Positions 51,998-64,000 of a stretch of DNA of 64,000 bases are shown here, piece by piece. The DNA is from Euprymna scolopes (Eukaryota), in NCBI GenBank assembly GCA_053919585.1, contig CM132805.1, one strand, 5' to 3'. Every line of letters starts with the position of its first letter. Within the stretch, counting starts at the first letter, position 1. A program made the translations under genes and the position numbers. A model generated the notes under the pieces. It made no database searches and was not told the DNA's origin. It saw nothing but the letters and a program-made list of their open reading frames with translations.

Positions 51998-53173
51998 CAT
52001 TTCTCATGCAGATTTATATTTGAAAAACATGAATATAGTTTTGTGGCTTGTGATCTTTAGACCAATTTGTCTATGCTCTTCAAACTTCGACTTGTCTGTT
52101 CAGACATGTTGATGAACAAACCTCAAGCAAGTGTTTATTCGTCCAAATCACATAACCTATAATAATATCTTTGTTTATATCGTTTCAGAAATGCATACAG
52201 ACCAAAAACTTTTCCATATTATTGAGCACTTATAAATATAGCAACTATATCTTCCCTTCTTTTTATTATTCTTAATATCCTGGGGTTTTTTTATTTGGAT
52301 CACTATTTACTTCAACATTGCTCGATATGAGTAGCACATAGTAGTATTAGGAAAATATACGTATGACATACATAGAAACTTCTATTTCTTTCCAAGCAAG
52401 CTCATCAGACTTATATAAGAAAAAAAATTTCCAAAGGTATCGATAGAAGATTAATTTAATAAATGCTGAAAATTTGTTTTAGATTTTTTTTTTTTTTTTT
52501 TATTCATACGATTTTTTTCTGCGCATTTATTATCAAGAAAAATATGGTAAGATATTTCAAGAGGGTTGACGCAGTGGGTTTTTTTTTTTTTTTCTCATCA
52601 AATTAAACACAAAAAAAAAAAGAAAAAAAAAAAGAAGAAAAGCCTGCTCTTTTTATTTTACTTTCCCTCCCCCTAAAATATACTAATGAAAACAAATTTT
52701 AGTTCTGCCTTGGGGGGGGGGGAAGAAAAAAGAAAAAGAAATAAATAAGTGAAATGAAGAGAATAATTTCAATTTTAATGTTTTATGTTTTTTTTTGTTG
52801 TTGTTGTTGTTGTTGTTTGAAAATGGGGAAAAAGTGAGTGAAGAACCTCTTCAAGACATCTTTAACTTATCAAAAACATTTGCTTTGAAAATGAACAGAA
52901 ACAATTGTATGAAGAAAAATGTTATATAAAAACTTGAAACATTAAATTATATTATGAGCAAACTTTTGTATAAATCTAAAGGAATTTAAATACACACACA
53001 GACATATAGTGTGTGTACTTAGACAGGATTTTTTTATTTAAGCAAACATTGTTAAAAATGGCAATTCTTCTGTTAAATTATACCAGTTTTATTTTTTCAA
53101 ATGATTTTTGTTGTGTTAAAATCAAAAATCTAGCATCACAAAATTTAAATTGTTAATGTCTTTTCTAGAATAG

Positions 53174-53387
53174 TTTTTTTTTATGATAAGCCATGATAAT
53201 AGAACCGTTTTTTTTTTATGATAAGCCATGATAATAGAACCGTTTTTTTTTTATGATAAGCCATGATAATAGAACCGTTTTTTTTTTATGATAAGCCATG
53301 ATAATAGAACCGTTTTTTTTTTTTATGATAAGCCATGATAATAGAACCGTTTTTTTTTTTATGATAAGCCATGATAATAGAACCGTT
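53174..53387 (-). repeat. Six tandem copies of a 25-bp unit plus variable oligo(A), forming the 3' tail of the adjacent LINE
   Basis: The minus strand reads [CGGTTCTATTATCATGGCTTATCAT(A)9-12] x6. Confidence 0.92.
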
Positions 53388-53930
53388 AGCAATAGAAAGA
53401 TTCTACCAAAGATTCCAAGTAGAGAATGCATAAAACTTTTTTTTCACGATAGTTAGTCAATACAGAACTCCAAAAGTGTGACAATGATACATGTTCATTC
53501 ACACAATTCTGAGGCAGCACGTTAAAGACTGCAGAACACAATGCGAAAGGAGATCTCTGAGCAAACACCAGTTATTGTGCAGAGGGTCTAACGTGAACGT
53601 ATATCTTCACAGGTTCGGTCTATTCAGGGCGGTATTTAAGCATTGCGGTGGGGCAAGAACCATAAAATAATCTGCAGGCAACAAAAGCAACTGTTACATT
53701 TTGGTGAGTAGACAGTAGATCTAATCCAAGTAGATCATATACTCCAGCGGGAACAGGGTCGCGGCAGGGAATATGTAGTTTATATCTGATGGCACAACGC
53801 TGTAGATGTTGAGAATCAGAGAACACCCTGCCAACTCTGGGAACAGCTAGGAACCTATATTCCAAGTGGAGACAAATCATTGTCTTATAAAGCCTAGTCA
53901 GCAAATTCCATTCATTCCTGGTAGCTCAGA
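53388..53930 (-). mobile_element. 5'-truncated non-LTR retrotransposon 3' end (ORF2 C-terminal remnant plus 3' UTR); clade uncertain
   Basis: ORF 53620-53904 reads LTRLYKTMICLHLEY...HLQRCAIR...VYDLLGLDLL, resembling the LYKxxIRPxLEY...LQxxAxR...LGLxxL pattern downstream of LINE RT domains. Confidence 0.65.
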
Positions 53931-55336
53931 ATACGCAACACAAAGCTCCTTATAAACCCTATTGGATCGTCACTGGTGATCGTCATCAGTATTGAAATTC
54001 TATATTTTATCCGTGTTTTCTGTCCATTTGCTTTTTTACCTGTTGAGGATTTGAAAACTTTTTTTTTATTGAAACCTGCATTAATTTTTTGATCTTAACA
54101 TAAAAATGATAATTGAATAAAATTTAAAAAAAAAAAAAAAATGTATAATCAAACAAAAGATTTGTCATTTTTAATAATGTTTGCTTATTCTAGCATATTC
54201 CGTTTGTATATGGTTTGTATCTGTTTTATGCGTTAATCATTCTTTCCATACAAAAGAGGGAAATAAAATTAAAGATACATTTTGAAGTTTTCACCTACCT
54301 TGCAATCAGACTTATGCAAGTTACTTTTTAAAGGTTTTGAAAGAATGATCCACCTATCACAGACACGGTATGTCTACTCTATTGGATAAAGCCTAACAAT
54401 AATGAGTGTTGTAAAATTGACTTTTTCCATGGATTCAGATCAAACTGATTTTTTTTATGCTTTGAAATGTGCCCATGTCAAATAGATTTTAATCAATTTG
54501 ACTTGGACAATTTGGAATTGTGGGAAGAATTTTTAGTGTGAATATATTTCTGAAACAATATATGAAAATGAAAAATTGCGTTTCTCTCCAAATGACCTCA
54601 TCAGGGATCATATATACTTTTTATTTTTTATTTTTTTTTTACATTAAAAAGTATATTTTGCTCTACTTTGGCATTGAGCATTTCTGTATGAACTTTGTTA
54701 AACTCATGGGATGTTTTCACCTTTGAACAGAGCAACATTGGTACCATCGGTTTCAAATCTAACAACGGGTAACACATTGTGGACCCTTCTTAGCGTCTGT
54801 TGTTTTCTGCTGCTTTAGAGAGAGAAAAGTTTTAAGAGAAAGATGCACAATTTTTTAACTATTGTGTTAGGGGGAGATAAGTCATTAGTAATCAATATAT
54901 ATTAAATATTACTAATCAATATTTGAACCGCCATCACTGTGGATAAACTTGAAAAAGGTTGAGTAGGGGGGGGGTACATCAGCTTAACCGTAATCAAAAA
55001 CTCAAATTACGAATAGTGTGGAAAATGGGCTGTAGGAAAACACCAATATACACTGCTTCCAAACAAAACAAAAAAAAAAAAAAAAAAAAAAAAAAGCTTT
55101 GAAAATCTATTTTATTCGATTCATATATAGAAGAATCTATTGAGCTTTTGAAAATATGTGCAGTTACAATCTACAGCTTTTTTTGCCTTTAACATAGAGT
55201 AAACATTGATAAAAGAAATAGAGAGAAAATGCAAAGAAAAATGAGTAATGTTTGAAGATCGCAATCAACGTAATGCAGGAAAATTTCTGTATAAACATTA
55301 ACAATCGATTAATGTTATTTCTGTCAGATATTATTC

Positions 55337-55340
<4 letters not shown>

Positions 55341-55379
<39 letters not shown>

Positions 55380-56165
55380 CATTATATAAATTTACATACA
55401 CTAATATATATTACTAAATAATATATTAATATATATATTATATAAGTCATACATATAATATATTCCTATTACTAAATACATACAAATATATACTACTAAA
55501 TAGCATTAATATATATTATTAAATATAGAGGATGCCCCAAAAAATTTGATTTCATTTTAAATGCCAATATCTCGGAAACTACTAAAAAATTTTCGGACAC
55601 CCTATATATTAAAATATATTACATATCAGTATATACAGATTAATATGTATTACGAAATATATATTAAATATTACTAATCAATATACATTAATTATTACTA
55701 ATCAATATATATTACTAAACATATACTAATTAATATATATTACTAAACATTAATTATTAACATTAATTATTACTAAACATTAATTATTACTAATCAATAT
55801 ATGTTACTAAATATATTACTAAACATTAATTATTACTAATCAATATATATTATTAAACATTTATTAGTAATCAATATATATTACTAATTAATATTTTCAT
55901 TATTACTAATTAATATTTTTATTATTACTAATTAATATTTTTATTATTACTAATTACTATATATTTTTATTATTACTAATATATATATTAATTATATATT
56001 CATATTAAAAACTACTAAATATACATTAATTATTACTAATTAATATATATTAATTATATATTCATATTAAAAACTACTAAATATACATTAATTATTACTA
56101 ATTAATATATATTAATAAGTATATATTAATATATATTTATGTATATCAATAAATATTACTAAATG
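55341..56165. repeat. (TA)n plus extremely AT-rich degenerate minisatellite (TTACTAA/ATTAATTA motifs)
   Basis: Repeated ttactaaacattaattattactaatcaatatata; near-exact 61-bp duplication at about 55985-56105. Confidence 0.85.
55526..55606. mobile_element. Possible tiny Tc1/mariner-type MITE remnant in the TA-rich tract
   Basis: GAGGATGCCCCAAAAAATT ... AATTTTCGGACACCCTA form imperfect inverted ends flanked by TA, resembling CAGGGTGTCC-type termini. Confidence 0.4.
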
Positions 56166-57266
56166 AGTAATCATTTGAGTGAAAATTTAAGTTTTTAGAT
56201 AAACATGACATTGGATCAAATTCAATCACTATTTCTTTTTTTGCTTTAGCTTATTCACATAATTTTGACACATTTCGAGTGGGTTTTTTTTTTATTTTTA
56301 CATGCATAATCAGTAATCATTACTCTTTTCTTAATATATAACAAAAACATAGAACTTTTTAGCCTATACAGAGTTTTTTCCTGCATTCTTCTGACTGTAA
56401 TCTTTAAATATTTTTTAAAAATGTTAGTCTCACATTTTAAATTAATTGATATGTTATTAATTCATAATTAAGCAATTGTTGAATTGAAACCTGTAATATG
56501 TTGAGATCTTAATGAAAAATTGTTTATTATGGCATTACACAATTTCTATGCTAAAAGTAGTTTATTTGAAAGGGAAATGGGATGGTTAAATCCTTAATGA
56601 TTAGGAAATCTCAATGGTTATATATCATAAATCTTTGGACGGTATTAATGCTGCCCATGTGATATTGAAAAAACCCAAAGTTACATGATGTACATTTATT
56701 TATTTTATCTGCTTCAAAATTTTTTTTTTTTTTTTTTTTTTTTGTAAATTTAATAATAGAAAAATCTAGATTATGAAATAAATAAGAGTTACCTCCCTTT
56801 GTTTAATGGCAGCCGATTACTGATGCTTTTATATAGTCCATTGACAAACCACAAAAAAAATCGGTTGGACAGCATCAAACAAAAATATTTTTGAAGAATA
56901 AATATTCATTGTTACTATAATTTTTTTTTTTTTTTTAATCATTTCTTGCAATCTGTGAATATGAAAGATTTCGAAACAAAGCTAACTGCATATTTGTATG
57001 TTAGATGTTCAGATATAAATCATAAAGTAACAATTTATCAGAAACTGAAGTTAAGCTCTTTTTTTTTTCTTTTTTTTGAGGGGGGGGCATTTTTACTAGA
57101 TCCATCTGAATAATAGAATGATATGACATTGATTAATTAATTTAATAGAAAAGGATTCTTTATATATACATAAATAATTTCATTAAAGTGTTTTATGATT
57201 ACGTTTAAATGGCAGATATAGTTGTAGTGCAAGAATTAGTTCCCTTGAAATTAAAAAAAAAAAATC

Positions 57267-57298
<32 letters not shown>

Positions 57299-57569
57299 AG
57301 CATTTCTTTCAAACTATTCAGATTCCTAAAATGAAATGTCTGAAGAAGAAATCTTCAACCGAGAATATATAAGTCTATTTACAATACTTTTTCATTGATG
57401 ATAGATGAATGTATTTTTTTTAATATAACAATTTCAGAATGTTATTAACTTGTTTCTTTGAGTTGGTCTCTTTGGTTATTGTTTTTATAATTTTTTTTTT
57501 TTTTTTTTACTCCTTATACACAGTTGTATTTTTTTTTTAATCATTCAGTAATGATTAAACATCATTATA

Positions 57570-57796
57570 TTTCAAAATTGAGTTTCAGTTCAAATGAACT
57601 TTGAAGCTTTTGTTTTGTTTTTTACAGTCAAAATTTTGCTGTAAAAAATAAACTGAAACTGGAAAAACAGTCATTTTTTTTTTATTCAATAATGAAAAAC
57701 ATCTTTTCAAAATTGGCTTTCAGGTTAAATAAACTTTGAAGAGTTTTATTTTTTAATTTATTATTTTTGCAGTCAAAACTTGACTGTAAAAACTGA

Positions 57797-57867
<71 letters not shown>

Positions 57868-58200
57868 TTTAAATGAGCTTTGAAGTTTGCTTTTCATAGT
57901 CAAACTTTTGCTGTAATGAAAATGGAAAAACGCAATCATTCTTTTTTTTATTCAATAACAGATAAACATTCTTTCAAAATTGAGTTTCAGTTTAAATAAA
58001 ATTTGAAAGGTTTTTTTTTTTGGTTTTTTTTAATTTATTTTACAGTCAAATTTTAACTATAAAAACTGAAACCGGAAGAACAATCACTTTATTCAATAAT
58101 AAATAAACATTAATCTTTCAAAATTGAGTTTCAGTTAAAGTGAGCTTTAAAAGGAGTTTGTTTTTATTTTTAGTCAAAACTTGGCTGTAAAAACAGAAAG
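57570..58200. repeat. Degenerate tandem repeat (about 4-5 irregular units) containing a (GT)n microsatellite at 57799-57865
   Basis: Recurrent TTCAAAATTGAGTTTCAGTT ... CAGTCAAA...CTGTAAAAACTGAAA blocks at about 57572, 57706, 57973 and 58117. Confidence 0.8.
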
Positions 58201-58203
58201 TTC

Positions 58204-58253
<50 letters not shown>

Positions 58254-58308
58254 TATATTGCGCAAGTGTATTTAGATGTAAGACCTCATGATTTACACCA
58301 GAGGCAAA

Positions 58309-58581
58309 TCAAGATAAGAAGGCATCGGGTGACAATACCAATGTATCTTGGTGGGACAAAGTGACTATTTGGTTGTCATCCTGTTCTCTGATCAGAGGAA
58401 GAGATTGTGGAGTTTGGGAGAAGAATTTATTTAACGATGCTCTTACTGGTGGTGTAGAGTACTCTTTTGATAAGTTGAACAAGGATTCAACTATGTGCGT
58501 TAAGCAGAGTCCAACAGAGTCTAGTTCGTGTTCTCCTTGGGTTACATATAACCAATCGGATTCTTCCACACCAGAAGGAGG
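58309..58581 (-). CDS. Terminal coding exon of an uncharacterised protein (tentatively SLOG/LOG-like)
   Basis: Acceptor tttttatttctcgtttcAG, phase 0. 273 nt encoding PPSGVEESDWLYVTQ...SPDAFLS*. In frame with the upstream exon; GC content is raised relative to the flanks. Confidence 0.85.
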   Translation of the reverse strand, partial: PPSGVEESDWLYVTQGEHELDSVGLCLTHIVESLFNLSKEYSTPPVRASLNKFFSQTPQSLPLIREQDDNQIVTLSHQDTLVLSPDAFLS

Positions 58582-59017
58582 CTGAAACGAGAAATAAAAA
58601 TGATAACGTGAATAGGAATTAAATATGGTGCTCGTTAAGATAGAGTCGACAGATCGATTTTTTTAAATGTCGTTTTAAGTGAAAACAACAGTACTTAGTT
58701 AATTGTCATGCTGAAAATAGTCATATATCCAAAAATTACACAAATTCATGTTGTAGAACTACTACTGTGCTTTCAGTAAAAAAAAAAAAAAAAATTAAAA
58801 AAAGAAAAAATCTATCACTATCAGCTAAACAAAACATCACCATTAAAGTAGCGAAAAGCAGGATAAGTATGTCCACTGTATTTGCAATCTTCTTATAGGG
58901 AAAATGCCAGTTCCCCAAATTTTCCCTTAAATTTACTCATAACTATTGATATGTTAAAATCATAAAATTGACATAGCGATTTTTCTTGTCTCAACAGATC
59001 GATTTTTTTAAATATAT

Positions 59018-59117
59018 AAGTGTTAGATGGAATAGATTCTGACTCAAAAAACAGCAATTCTTCCCTCTTTGTCAGAAAGTTTGCTCATGGAATGTGAGAA
59101 CTAATGAACAAAATAAA
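59018..59117 (+). repeat. Intronic duplicated segment; second copy at about 60197-60379 is interrupted
   Basis: Both sites share AAGTGTTAGATGGAATA, AAAAACAGCAATTCTTCCCTCTTT and TGGAATGTGAG.ACTAATG.ACAAAATAA. Confidence 0.8.
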
Positions 59118-59462
59118 AGAAAAAGTTATGAGACTGCTGAAATTAAAACCAAGATCTACTTTCTACTTGCCTTAATTCTGTTTAAAAAAAAACGGAGAAC
59201 TTGTATAATATTTTTTATTTTTATTATCTATATATTAATACGATAGTGTGTGTTATTTTGTGTCACACTTATACCCGGGTCGTTGAATTGTTATGTACTT
59301 CCATTTCTTGTTATAAATAATTTTACCAAGAATTCTTCATAAGTTTTGGCTTCCGTTTCGATTATATCTGATGGCACTTAAGTCATCTATTTTTTTTTTT
59401 ATAAATAATTTTATCAAGAATTCTTCATAAGTTTTGATTTCGATTATGGCTGAAGGAACTCA

Positions 59463-59501
<39 letters not shown>

Positions 59502-60257
59502 TTTAAGTTTTTACTTCGGTTTCGATTCAAGTTAATGCACTCAAGCCATATAGATATATTTTTGAAATCGCAACTTTATATATTATATAAAAATCGATAG
59601 AACATTTACTCTATAATAATATATACAAAATCTGCAAGAATTAAAATATCATATTTAAGCATACTTTACTTTAAGCTGACTTTGCCAAGCGTTCATGCTA
59701 GCTTAGATAAATACTTTTGCAGTTTTAACAAAAGAGCTATAATAATATCAGGGCATCTCCATTTACACTGAACAGCTACAGAATGACATCAATATATTAC
59801 ATATGAGTCTCCTGTGGAAGTTCCACAGGTCTCCTTAGTTTATGCTCAGAGCTGCTTCTGAAGAGTCCAGAGTGCAAGAATTGTGAAATCTTGTATTAAT
59901 TCTAATTCTTCTTAATGATGACATTCTTTTAGTGAACTGGTGCATAATTTAAAAAAGACTTCCACAGTAACTAATAGAAACTACTCGTGGAAAGGGAAAA
60001 AATTTGGCATCATGGTTATAGTAAGGTTATGGTCGGCATAAAATATTTGAAAGGAAATGCAGTCAGGAAATAATTTAGAAACAATTTATTCTGCTTTTTT
60101 TTATGTAAATCGCTCCAGACAAGGCATGAAACCACTTAATGTAAGGAGCTAAAAATATAATAGAAAATAAACTACTTCAAGGTCAAAAAGTTGCCAAAGT
60201 GTTAGATGGAATAAATTCGGCCCAGAAAAACAGCAATTCTTCCCTCTTTTTACTTTT

Positions 60258-60342
60258 CTACTTTTCTCATCTTGATCATTATTTGCACATCATTTCAGTC
60301 AGTGTAACCTCTGACCTTCTTACGATGTATCTTCTCAAACTC
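60258..60342. repeat. Short dispersed repeat; near-identical copy at about 63801-63885, diverged relative at about 61310-61352
   Basis: CTACTTTTCTCATCTTGA.CATTATTTGCACATCATTTCAGTC.GTGTAACCTCTGACCTTCTTA.GATGTATCTTCTCAAACTC. Confidence 0.85.
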
Positions 60343-61423
60343 TTTGCTCTTGGAATGTGAGGACTAATGGACAAAATAAGGGAAGCACGAGTTATGTTCT
60401 AACTTTAACTGCAACTTATTTGCGTTACAATTTAATATTTAAAAATGTTCCTATTTATTTGCATCTGCCTCCCCTGCATCTGCAAAATAAAAGACAATAT
60501 CACTTTTAATGTGGGGAATATCCAACTCCCAAAAAAGGGGTACTCTTGATTGGAACAAAAATTTAAAATTGTCTCAGTCTGGAAGGATTTCCCCTTCACT
60601 GAGTAAGGACAGCATTAAGTGCAGCACCAGAACAGATACTACACTTTGTTCCTAGACAAATCACGGAGTTTGACAAACGGTTTTAGTCAATTTAATTTAC
60701 CATCAACAGAAACAGTAGCATAGTCCGTTTAAGTACTTATTTCCTTAGTAAAATAAAATAAATATTATGAACATAAATATTTTACTCAGTCACTGGTTCG
60801 GTGCTGGAAGCATGAGTACGCACGGTTCTCATGATTTCCAAGACAATGGCAAGATTGAAAGTTAGTCTTGATGTTTATGGATGCCCACAAAAACTTACAC
60901 TCACTACTTGAAATGGTTTCATTTAAGTGCAAGAAAAAGGTACGCCTTTTACTGGCTAACTTTTTGTGTGAGGGACGGGATCTATATTTATGTATATAGA
61001 AATACACATTGGTCTTTAAGTGAAGGCTATGTTGATTAGCTATCCATACCAGCGGTTTCCAGAGAAATATAGAAATCAAACTGTTGGATTCCTTGAAAAA
61101 AATAAAACAAAAATTTTTAAATTTAAAATACACAGGAACAATTTTGTTTGATCTTGTTATTGGGTTTTGTTTTCGATTGTATTCACAATAAATGAAAAAT
61201 TGGAATCAATAATCATAAATTAATGACCCCACAGAGGACGATTTTAATGGCTTAGATTAGATTATTCAGATACTGTTTTAATTTTGGAGGTTATTCTCAC
61301 ATTCTGGCCGATGTAACCTCCAACCTTCTTCAAGTGCGCCTTGTCAAACTCTGGAATATTCATGTCAACATTTTATGTTGTAAGTTTGAGCCAGTTCCAG
61401 CTGTACAAAGATATCTTATGAGG

Positions 61424-61465
<42 letters not shown>

Positions 61466-61661
61466 GGGGGGGGGAGATTATATTTTTGCTTTGTCACGGC
61501 TACATACATCATATAGATTTTCTTTATTTTCGTTTTTTAATAAAGGGTGAAATCTGGACAGGAGACAAAAAATCTAGCTCAACAGGAATTAAACCTGCAA
61601 AAAAATTAACTTTTTTAAATATATGAAGAAGAAACTGTTGTAGCTTTCAAGAATAACTGAC

Positions 61662-61771
61662 CTCAAATATTTTTTCAGGTAACATTTCCCTGTTCTTGTA
61701 GCAACTCACTGGAATGATAATGTTATCGTTCCACACAAAGTGCTGCGTCATGGAAGACATTTCTGCATCAC
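61662..61771 (-). CDS. Internal coding exon (110 nt) of the same gene
   Basis: Acceptor tttctatcttttcttgcAG and donor GAG|GTCAGT. Phase 1 in, phase 0 out. Encodes (G)DAEMSSMTQHFVWNDNIIIPVSCYKNREMLPEKIFE. Confidence 0.85.
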
Positions 61772-62353
61772 CTGCAAGAAAAGATAGAAAATTAATAGAC
61801 ACAAAGCAGAAATGCAGTTTTAATCTTCTTGATAATAAAACACTAGCAGGGAGACCTGACGTTGCCCGGGATTGAATGATGATCAACGAATGTTTTCACA
61901 CTTCTATATTTTTTTTGTCATCGAAATCGGTTTTCAATCAATTGGATTGATTGCCTACTTTAGTTGGGGACCCATCGTCATGCACTGGGAGGAAGTTTCA
62001 CATACCTCTCGCAGTGACAGTCTACATTTCACTGTTGAGAACTTACTGTTGATTTTATAAAATTATTTTATATATATATATATATAATGACTTAAATTAA
62101 AGTTTAAAATACAAAAGCCATCATGTTTCAAAACAAACATTCATTTCAAAAGTGCCTTTGTCATATCAAAGATCATACTGTTTACTTTATATGCATGGCC
62201 TTACTGCTTGTGCAGTGATAATGGCTTCAAGTGTTATAAATAAAACTTGTCTATTAGATAAAAGTCAGATGTCTTTTTTTTTTTTTTTGTATTTTACTTC
62301 AGTAAGTTTTAAGATATCAAGAGGTTCCCTCCTGGAGCTAACACTTGATTCTG

Positions 62354-63150
62354 TTATGATTTAAATTTATATCCGAGGGCTCTTTTAAGAATAGATGCTG
62401 TTCCCTTTATGGCTGCTATTTGTATCTCGTTACAGCTTGGTCTTCTAGGGATTGCTTCTAAGTATTTATGAAGATTCTTTTTTATTAAGCCAGTTGCTCC
62501 TATCACAACCAGTATTATGTTTATTTCATTCAGAGACCATGTCGTTTTTAGATCATTTTTTAGGTCCTGATATTTTGTTATCTTTTCCCGTTCAGCTCTA
62601 TTAAGACTGAAATCTGGAATGGGACTGTGACATCGACAATGAGTGCCGTTCTTTCAGGCTTGTTCCATATTACAATATCTGGTTTGATAGCTTTGTCTTT
62701 TATGTATCTGCCTGCCTGTATGTTTTTGTCATAGAACACGCTCACTTTTCCGTTTGATGTTATCGGTGGTGGTTCATGTTCCCAGATGTTCGTTGCTCTG
62801 TCAAGTTGCATCTCTCCACAGATCTTCCAATGGAGGTACTTACATACTTTGTTGCGACGGGCAGTGTAAAGGCTATCTGCCAATAAGATTGGGCATGCAG
62901 ACATTAGATGGCTTGGGCTCTCAATTGCTGAAAGGCAAAACCGGCATCGGCCATTTCCTTGTAGGCCCGCCATTTTTTTTTTAATCCATTTGTGAGTAGC
63001 CCAGATCTTGACTGGCTACAATGAGTCTTTCCTCATCAAATGGAAGTCTCTCGCTCTTGAGCCATTGGAGTGAAGCATCTTTGTCTATAAATTCCTGTTT
63101 AAGCTCCTCTAGGAACTTTCCTGCTCTTTTATGTTGTTTCCATCCTTGTT
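62354..63150 (-). mobile_element. 5'-truncated RLE-type non-LTR retrotransposon (R4/Dong-like): CCHC zinc knuckle plus restriction-like endonuclease, frameshifted
   Basis: Translation: WKQHKRAGKF...DKDASLQWLKSERL...ERLIVASQD; CRFCLSAIESPSHLMSAC (CCHC); YTARRNKV; KPDIVIW...IVDVTVP. After a frameshift it continues EREKITKYQDLKNDLKTTW...VVIGATGLIKKNL...ILKRAL to a stop at 62354. Confidence 0.9.
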
Positions 63151-63586
63151 TTTTTATGTGTGAATATAAACGTCAAAAACATAGTAAGCATTAATCCAAG
63201 TTTTATATAAGGCCACTTGAGGATAAGGGTTAAGAAATGTGCAGTAGTCAATTGGACAATATAGCAATTGTTAGTAATGGAAACTTGGTAAATTGGTTAA
63301 CTTAAGTCGAATAGCTCATCAGGAACTTGGTTACGTTGGATTTGAAGACAACCATATTGTAGTCAGCTGGAAAGCAGGCAAATGAAAGAGTTTCACAGGC
63401 ATGCAGTTTTAAGAAAGTTTTTTTTTTTTTTTTTTTTTTACAATGGAAGTTCTTGGTGTATTTTTGGCAACTCTTTTGGGCTATTTCCACAGCGGACTTA
63501 TGTGTGTGTGTCCAGCTAAAAGTCAAAGACATTGTAAGTATTAAGTCAAACTTTTTTTCTCTCAGATAGAGATAGAAAGATCTCAC

Positions 63587-63710
63587 CTTCTACAAGAATA
63601 CATCGTTCAAAGGCGTGGGCAGCTATGATGTCCCGCTGGTGACGACCAGAACCAAAATAAAGAGTCTGTCCAGGAACTAGAGTTGAACATTCTCCATTTT
63701 CCTTTGGCTT
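63587..63710 (-). CDS. Internal coding exon (124 nt) of the same gene; the 5' part of the gene lies beyond the window
   Basis: Acceptor (t)13-cAG and donor AAG|GTGAGA. Encodes KPKENGECSTLVPGQTLYFGSGRHQRDIIAAHAFERCILVE(G). Its phase 1 end matches the next exon. Confidence 0.85.
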
Positions 63711-63885
63711 CTGAAAAAAAAAAAAAGTAGAAACAGACAAATAATATTACAGAATTCTTAAAATGCTGTTCAACACATTCCAATATTTGGATTATTTGGA
63801 CTACTTTTCTCATCTTGAGCATTATTTGCACATCATTTCAGTCGGTGTAACCTCTGACCTTCTTATGATGTATCTTCTCAAACTC

Positions 63886-64000
63886 GGGGAAATCTTTCTC
63901 TGTGGAACTCTGCGGGTTGCGGGTGGGGGGCACCTTTCTCTGTTGAACTCGGGGGGGGGGGGATCTTTGTTGAACTCAGGGTGTGGGTGGGGGGAATCTT
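63886..64000. repeat. Degenerate G-rich tandem repeat (ATCTTT..TGTTGAACTC plus G-runs), truncated by the window end
   Basis: Three to four irregular units separated by G3-G11 runs. Confidence 0.6.

Noticed and set aside
51760-57250. Taxonomic assignment from GAGTTATCTCCC/GGGAGATAA-type motifs (reminiscent of mollusc repeats)
   Set aside because: Suggestive only; the motifs are too short to assign a lineage without a database search.
60786-61133. 115-aa minus-strand ORF as an additional exon of the gene
   Set aside because: The flanking exons already join in frame without it, and it has no convincing splice-site pair or domain similarity.
61705-61712. Alternative donor CCA|GTGAGT inside the middle exon
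   Set aside because: It is also phase 0 and cannot be excluded, but the downstream GAG|GTCAGT donor keeps an uninterrupted reading frame, so it was not called separately. RNA-seq is needed to decide.

Overview
This is eukaryotic (animal-like), AT-rich genomic DNA spanning the right-hand edge of a large satellite array. Bases 1-42,494 are 79 complete head-to-tail copies (plus partials) of a 546-bp monomer. Each monomer is about 316 bp of complex sequence plus 23 decamers built on the palindrome AACCGGTT. The array shows nested higher-order repeats (dimer, 5-mer, 12-mer, 4-mer) and diverges increasingly towards its edge. It abuts a 40-bp minisatellite (42,500-43,220) that is a tandemly amplified piece of a CR1/L2-type LINE ORF2. 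The flank (43-64 kb) holds decayed LINE fragments, two intact foldback MITEs with perfect 8-bp target-site duplications, an older foldback element, a six-fold reiterated LINE 3' tail, and microsatellites. It also holds the last three exons of a minus-strand gene (in-frame when spliced, tentatively SLOG/LOG-like) whose intron carries a 5'-truncated RLE-type (R4/Dong-like) retrotransposon. Most ORFs in the supplied track are repeat artefacts. Two hypotheses stand out, both untested. First, the decamer blocks are phased Grainyhead/CP2-type binding arrays. Second, the complex part of the monomer contains a captured death-domain-like coding remnant that is open in only one divergent monomer.
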